Part shown: positions 61,641 through 64,000 of the stretch, in pieces
How positions within the stretch are numbered: position 1 is the first letter of the stretch
How the letters are laid out: each line of letters begins with the position of its first letter
Source of the DNA: an uncultured Rhodospirillaceae bacterium
Lineage (GTDB): Bacteria; Pseudomonadota; Alphaproteobacteria; UBA9219
Direction: 5' to 3'
DNA: 64,000 nucleotides
Assembly (NCBI GenBank): GCA_964587125.1
Contig: CAZPKC010000001.1
Location: forward strand, 14,872-78,871
Made by a program: the position numbers and the translations under genes
Notes under the pieces: model-generated
Seen by the model: the letters and a program-made list of their open reading frames with translations, nothing else
The model's database searches: none
Told to the model about the DNA's origin: nothing

Positions 61641-62828
61641 TTAAAAAGTTAATTTGCCGATATTTGGTTTGGCAATCATCCTTTTTGCCGGTGCTTTTGG
61701 CGCAACCTCAATATCTCTCTCGCTCCTTCCTTCAAGAGCGTGCTTTGCTTCCATCAAGAATGTCGGGTTGTGGTGCGCGTATATGCGCTCCGTTGTCCGG
61801 GTACTGGTATGGCCGAGATATTTTGAGATAACCCACATCGGCACGTTTGCTTGCGCCATCCACGTTGCCGCTGTGTGGCGTAGCGTATGCGGCGTTACGT
61901 CACTAAGGCCAGCATCCCGCGCAACGCGGCGGAAGCTCTGGTCTATGCGTAAGATCGGCTTTCCAAAATATTCAATCACGTATTTATCGGCGCAATTTTC
62001 CGGAGCACGGCTTTTGGCAATCCGCAAGAAGGTCATGAGTCTGCTCGGTATCGGAACAATGGCACGGCGTTTGTTGGTTATCTTGCTTCCCGCTTTGTTA
62101 AGATCAATAACGCCTCTTTCGAGATCGACTTGTGACCACGTGAGGGTAAGAAGAGCCTCCTTTCGCGCGGCGGTATAAAGAGCCAACAGGATAAAAAATG
62201 ACAGGTGCCAACGAGCGTATGAATGAAAGCGCACCTGTCCTGTCTTGGGGTCAATACGACGCTTGGAACGGGTTGCTTTTAATAGGCGCACAACCTCGTC
62301 ACGAGTCAGCCAACGGTCTTTAGGGGCCGTTGGTGCTGGTTTCCAGATCGGCACCGCTGAGGCCAGCCGCCCTTGCTTGTAATCATGGCGAATGGCCGCG
62401 CCTAACACGCCCAATTCACGCGCAATCAACCCATCGGAAGCGTTTTTCCCTGCTTTAGCGGCTGTTTCACGCCTATATTGAGCATATTGGCGGCACAGTA
62501 CCGGCCTTACGTCAGAAACCGGCCTATGACCCCAAAAAGGGATAAGAGATTTAATATTGTTGCCTGAAGCTTCTTGGCTGACTGTATGGATCAAGTGCTC
62601 TTCTGCATAAGCCGCCAGAACGTCAGCTATGATTCGTTTGGTGGAGCTGACAATATCGACCGGTTGGTCTTTTTCGACGTTATGCTTGCTGAGTTCTTGG
62701 TCAGCCTCGATGCGATTTCGAGTGCCCGTTGATTTCTTACGTTCGCGTCCGCCTTCGTACCAATATATGTACCAACAGTCACGTGCTTCGAGCCACTTGA
62801 GGTAGGCTCCTTTATTGCATTTTGACAT
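61641..62828 (-). CDS. Tyrosine-type site-specific integrase (phage integrase family)
   Basis: C-terminal catalytic block HTLRHTAATWM...LGHTSTRTTERIYAH with R..H..R..Y residues. N-terminal arm-binding-like region. Confidence 0.85.
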   Translation of the reverse strand: MSKCNKGAYLKWLEARDCWYIYWYEGGRERKKSTGTRNRIEADQELSKHNVEKDQPVDIVSSTKRIIADVLAAYAEEHLIHTVSQEASGNNIKSLIPFWGHRPVSDVRPVLCRQYAQYRRETAAKAGKNASDGLIARELGVLGAAIRHDYKQGRLASAVPIWKPAPTAPKDRWLTRDEVVRLLKATRSKRRIDPKTGQVRFHSYARWHLSFFILLALYTAARKEALLTLTWSQVDLERGVIDLNKAGSKITNKRRAIVPIPSRLMTFLRIAKSRAPENCADKYVIEYFGKPILRIDQSFRRVARDAGLSDVTPHTLRHTAATWMAQANVPMWVISKYLGHTSTRTTERIYAHHNPTFLMEAKHALEGRSERDIEVAPKAPAKRMIAKPNIGKLTF

Positions 62829-63076
62829 GGTTGAATTCTCCCTTGAATATAATTTTCGACGCTATGGGGGGTAATCAAAAAACGGCCTGCGATATTCACG
62901 AACGCCATTCGGCCTGCGTGGCATTCGTTTAAAATGTGTCGCTTGGAGCATTTGAGAAATTTTGCGACTTCGACTGCTGTAGCTAAACTCGGAAGTTCGC
63001 GTAGTTCAGGAATATCAACTCGATTTTCTTGACTGCCATTTATGTCTTGATAGGAGTCATTTTCTGTCACGGTCAT
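62627..63076 (-). CDS. Excisionase/AlpA-like helix-turn-helix DNA-binding protein; 3' end overlaps the integrase start by ~200 nt in another frame
   Basis: LATAVEVAKFLKCSKRHILNECHAGRMAFVNIAGRFLI matches the excisionase-family HTH pattern. Confidence 0.45.
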   Translation of the reverse strand: MTVTENDSYQDINGSQENRVDIPELRELPSLATAVEVAKFLKCSKRHILNECHAGRMAFVNIAGRFLITPHSVENYIQGRIQPCQNAIKEPTSSGSKHVTVGTYIGTKADANVRNQRALEIASRLTKNSASITSKKTNRSILSAPPNES

Positions 63077-63227
63077 GCCTCCTTGTTTGGGGTTGAAATG
63101 TAAGAACCGAAATGAAAAACGCCCCTTCGGATTGAAGGGGCGTTAGGCATTTTTGGCAGTGACCCGCTGTAATGAAGGTCTTATAAATTAAGAGCGCCGG
63201 TCACTTTATGTGCTGCGTGATATATAT

Positions 63228-63734
63228 CTAACCGAAGCGTTCTTTAAGATAATTATGGGCTTCACTGAGAGGCAGTTCTTGAGAAGAGTTTCCACTACGA
63301 ACATATATATGCTCAACGAGTTGGCCACTTTTATCTGCAACTTTTAAAATAAGGGGTTGAGAGGCGGCAGCTATTTCGATCTGACAAATTTCATGCCCAT
63401 CAAGCGAAGGAAATTTCACAGTTAGCCGGTTAGTCATAAATGAAACACCAAAGGCTTGCTTAAAAAGATTGCGGAGATGGAGCTCAAACTTATCCTGATC
63501 CCCTCCATCTAAAGAAGAGTAGTCGTGTTCAAGTCCTAAAATTTTTCCGGAATCATCGACGCCAATTAATAGCGTTCCGCCTTGGCTGTTTGCAAAGGCG
63601 GATACAGATTTCAAAATAACTTCTTCAAGTTTTTTGTTTATGGCTTGTTGGCGAAAATCCCAACGTAGCGAAGACTTGAACTCCAACTCATCACTTTCTC
63701 CCTCTTCAATCATTTCCTCAAGAGAGACCGGCAA
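63228..63734 (-). CDS. AlbA_2 (Schlafen-like, putative DNA-binding) domain protein, standalone
   Basis: ESDELEFKSSLRWDFRQQAINKKLEEVILKSVSAFANSQGGTLLIGVDDSGKILGL is a close match to the AlbA_2 core, 168 aa. Confidence 0.6.
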   Translation of the reverse strand: MPVSLEEMIEEGESDELEFKSSLRWDFRQQAINKKLEEVILKSVSAFANSQGGTLLIGVDDSGKILGLEHDYSSLDGGDQDKFELHLRNLFKQAFGVSFMTNRLTVKFPSLDGHEICQIEIAAASQPLILKVADKSGQLVEHIYVRSGNSSQELPLSEAHNYLKERFG

Positions 63735-63784
63735 CGTTTCTTGTTCTGTAACGGTAATGCTTTCAAGGAACTTGTTTAGGCGCT

Positions 63785-64000
63785 CTGACCTGCTCCCCGT
63801 TTCCGGGTCACTCGGAAGTAGAGTCTTTCCCCTTTATAACGTAGCGGCCTAAGAGCGGCAAGTGCTGGGCGGAGCGACCGTGAGAGTCTGGCGCAGCCCA
63901 GCACTTGCTTGTGCCGGAGTCTGGTAGTTTAGGCTGCTGTGAGGCCGGACGTTGTTGTAATCGTGTCGCCACGCTTCCATCAGATGCCGCACCTCGGCCA
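63785..64000 (-). mobile_element. IS3-family (IS407-group-like) insertion sequence, right end only; continues beyond the window
   Basis: The terminus TGACCTGCTCCCCGTTTCCGGGTCAC is an IS407-like inverted repeat starting TGA. It lies 64 nt from the stop of a transposase orfB C-terminus. The IS end is ~50 nt upstream of the AlbA_2 start. Confidence 0.6.
63849..64000 (-). CDS. IS3-family transposase OrfB, C-terminal fragment
   Basis: The reverse translation ends EVRHLMEAWRHDYNNVRPHSSLNYQTPAQASAGL...TCRS*. The NVRPHSSLNY.TP motif is typical of the IS3 DDE transposase C-terminus. Confidence 0.6.
   Translation of the reverse strand, partial: AEVRHLMEAWRHDYNNVRPHSSLNYQTPAQASAGLRQTLTVAPPSTCRS

Larger units (their letters stand above)
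61574..64000. mobile_element. Integrative element (prophage or genomic-island left end) inserted at the 3' end of tRNA-Gly; extends beyond the window
   Basis: A tyrosine integrase lies immediately 3' of tRNA-Gly on the opposite strand, followed by an HTH excisionase-like gene, an AlbA_2 gene and an IS3-family insertion. attR is not in the window. Confidence 0.6.

Noticed and set aside
63858-63907. Perfect 13-bp inverted repeat GCAAGTGCTGGGC..GCCCAGCACTTGC read as an IS terminal repeat
   Set aside because: It lies inside the transposase coding sequence, just before its stop. The real IS terminus is the TGACCTGCTCCCC repeat at 63785.

Overview
This window looks like a chromosomal segment of an alphaproteobacterium. 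That call rests on gene families and organisation seen in the sequence: DUF3426 zinc-ribbon with ftsE/ftsX, a CpdR-like receiver, a TIGR02300 zinc-ribbon protein, an Omp25/OmpA-type porin, uvrC next to pgsA, and fliQ-fliR-flhB. Most of it is ordinary core content. Recognisable core genes include hisS, mreB, rph, gmk, argG, dapL, rnpB (RNase P RNA), suhB, efp, mlaC, an orphan cpaF, queH, accA, rdgB, acs, pta-ackA, uvrC, pgsA, galU, ftsEX, plsC, nadE, purB, fliQ-fliR-flhB, tRNA-Arg(CCG) and tRNA-Gly(GCC). Several lower-GC accessory pockets interrupt the core (GC estimated by eye only). (1) At 4.2-7.1 kb there are four consecutive orphan genes between mreB and rph, each preceded by a shared composite upstream element; a related motif recurs at 11.9 kb. 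(2) At 26.5-30.7 kb a tandem RidA-fold (chorismatase-like) gene sits with two tandem paralogous 2OG-Fe(II) oxygenases and two orphan ORFs. (3) At 37.3-39.3 kb there is a TM-anchored FtsH-like AAA module with degenerate catalytic motifs plus a small partner gene, next to a ~425 bp MITE-like element with 28-bp inverted termini. (4) At 49.3-52.4 kb there is a decayed island remnant: an inverted 3' fragment of tRNA-Gly, a truncated phage/plasmid-type helicase, and an aberrant class-II tRNA whose anticodon loop reads CUGAAAA. (5) At 61.5 kb to the window end there is a tRNA-Gly-associated integrative element (integrase, HTH excisionase-like gene, standalone AlbA_2/Schlafen-like protein) interrupted by an IS3/IS407-type insertion sequence. 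A type IVb-like pilin gene sits where mreCD would normally follow mreB. No CRISPR array is present. All functional calls come from motif recognition by eye; no database searches were run.
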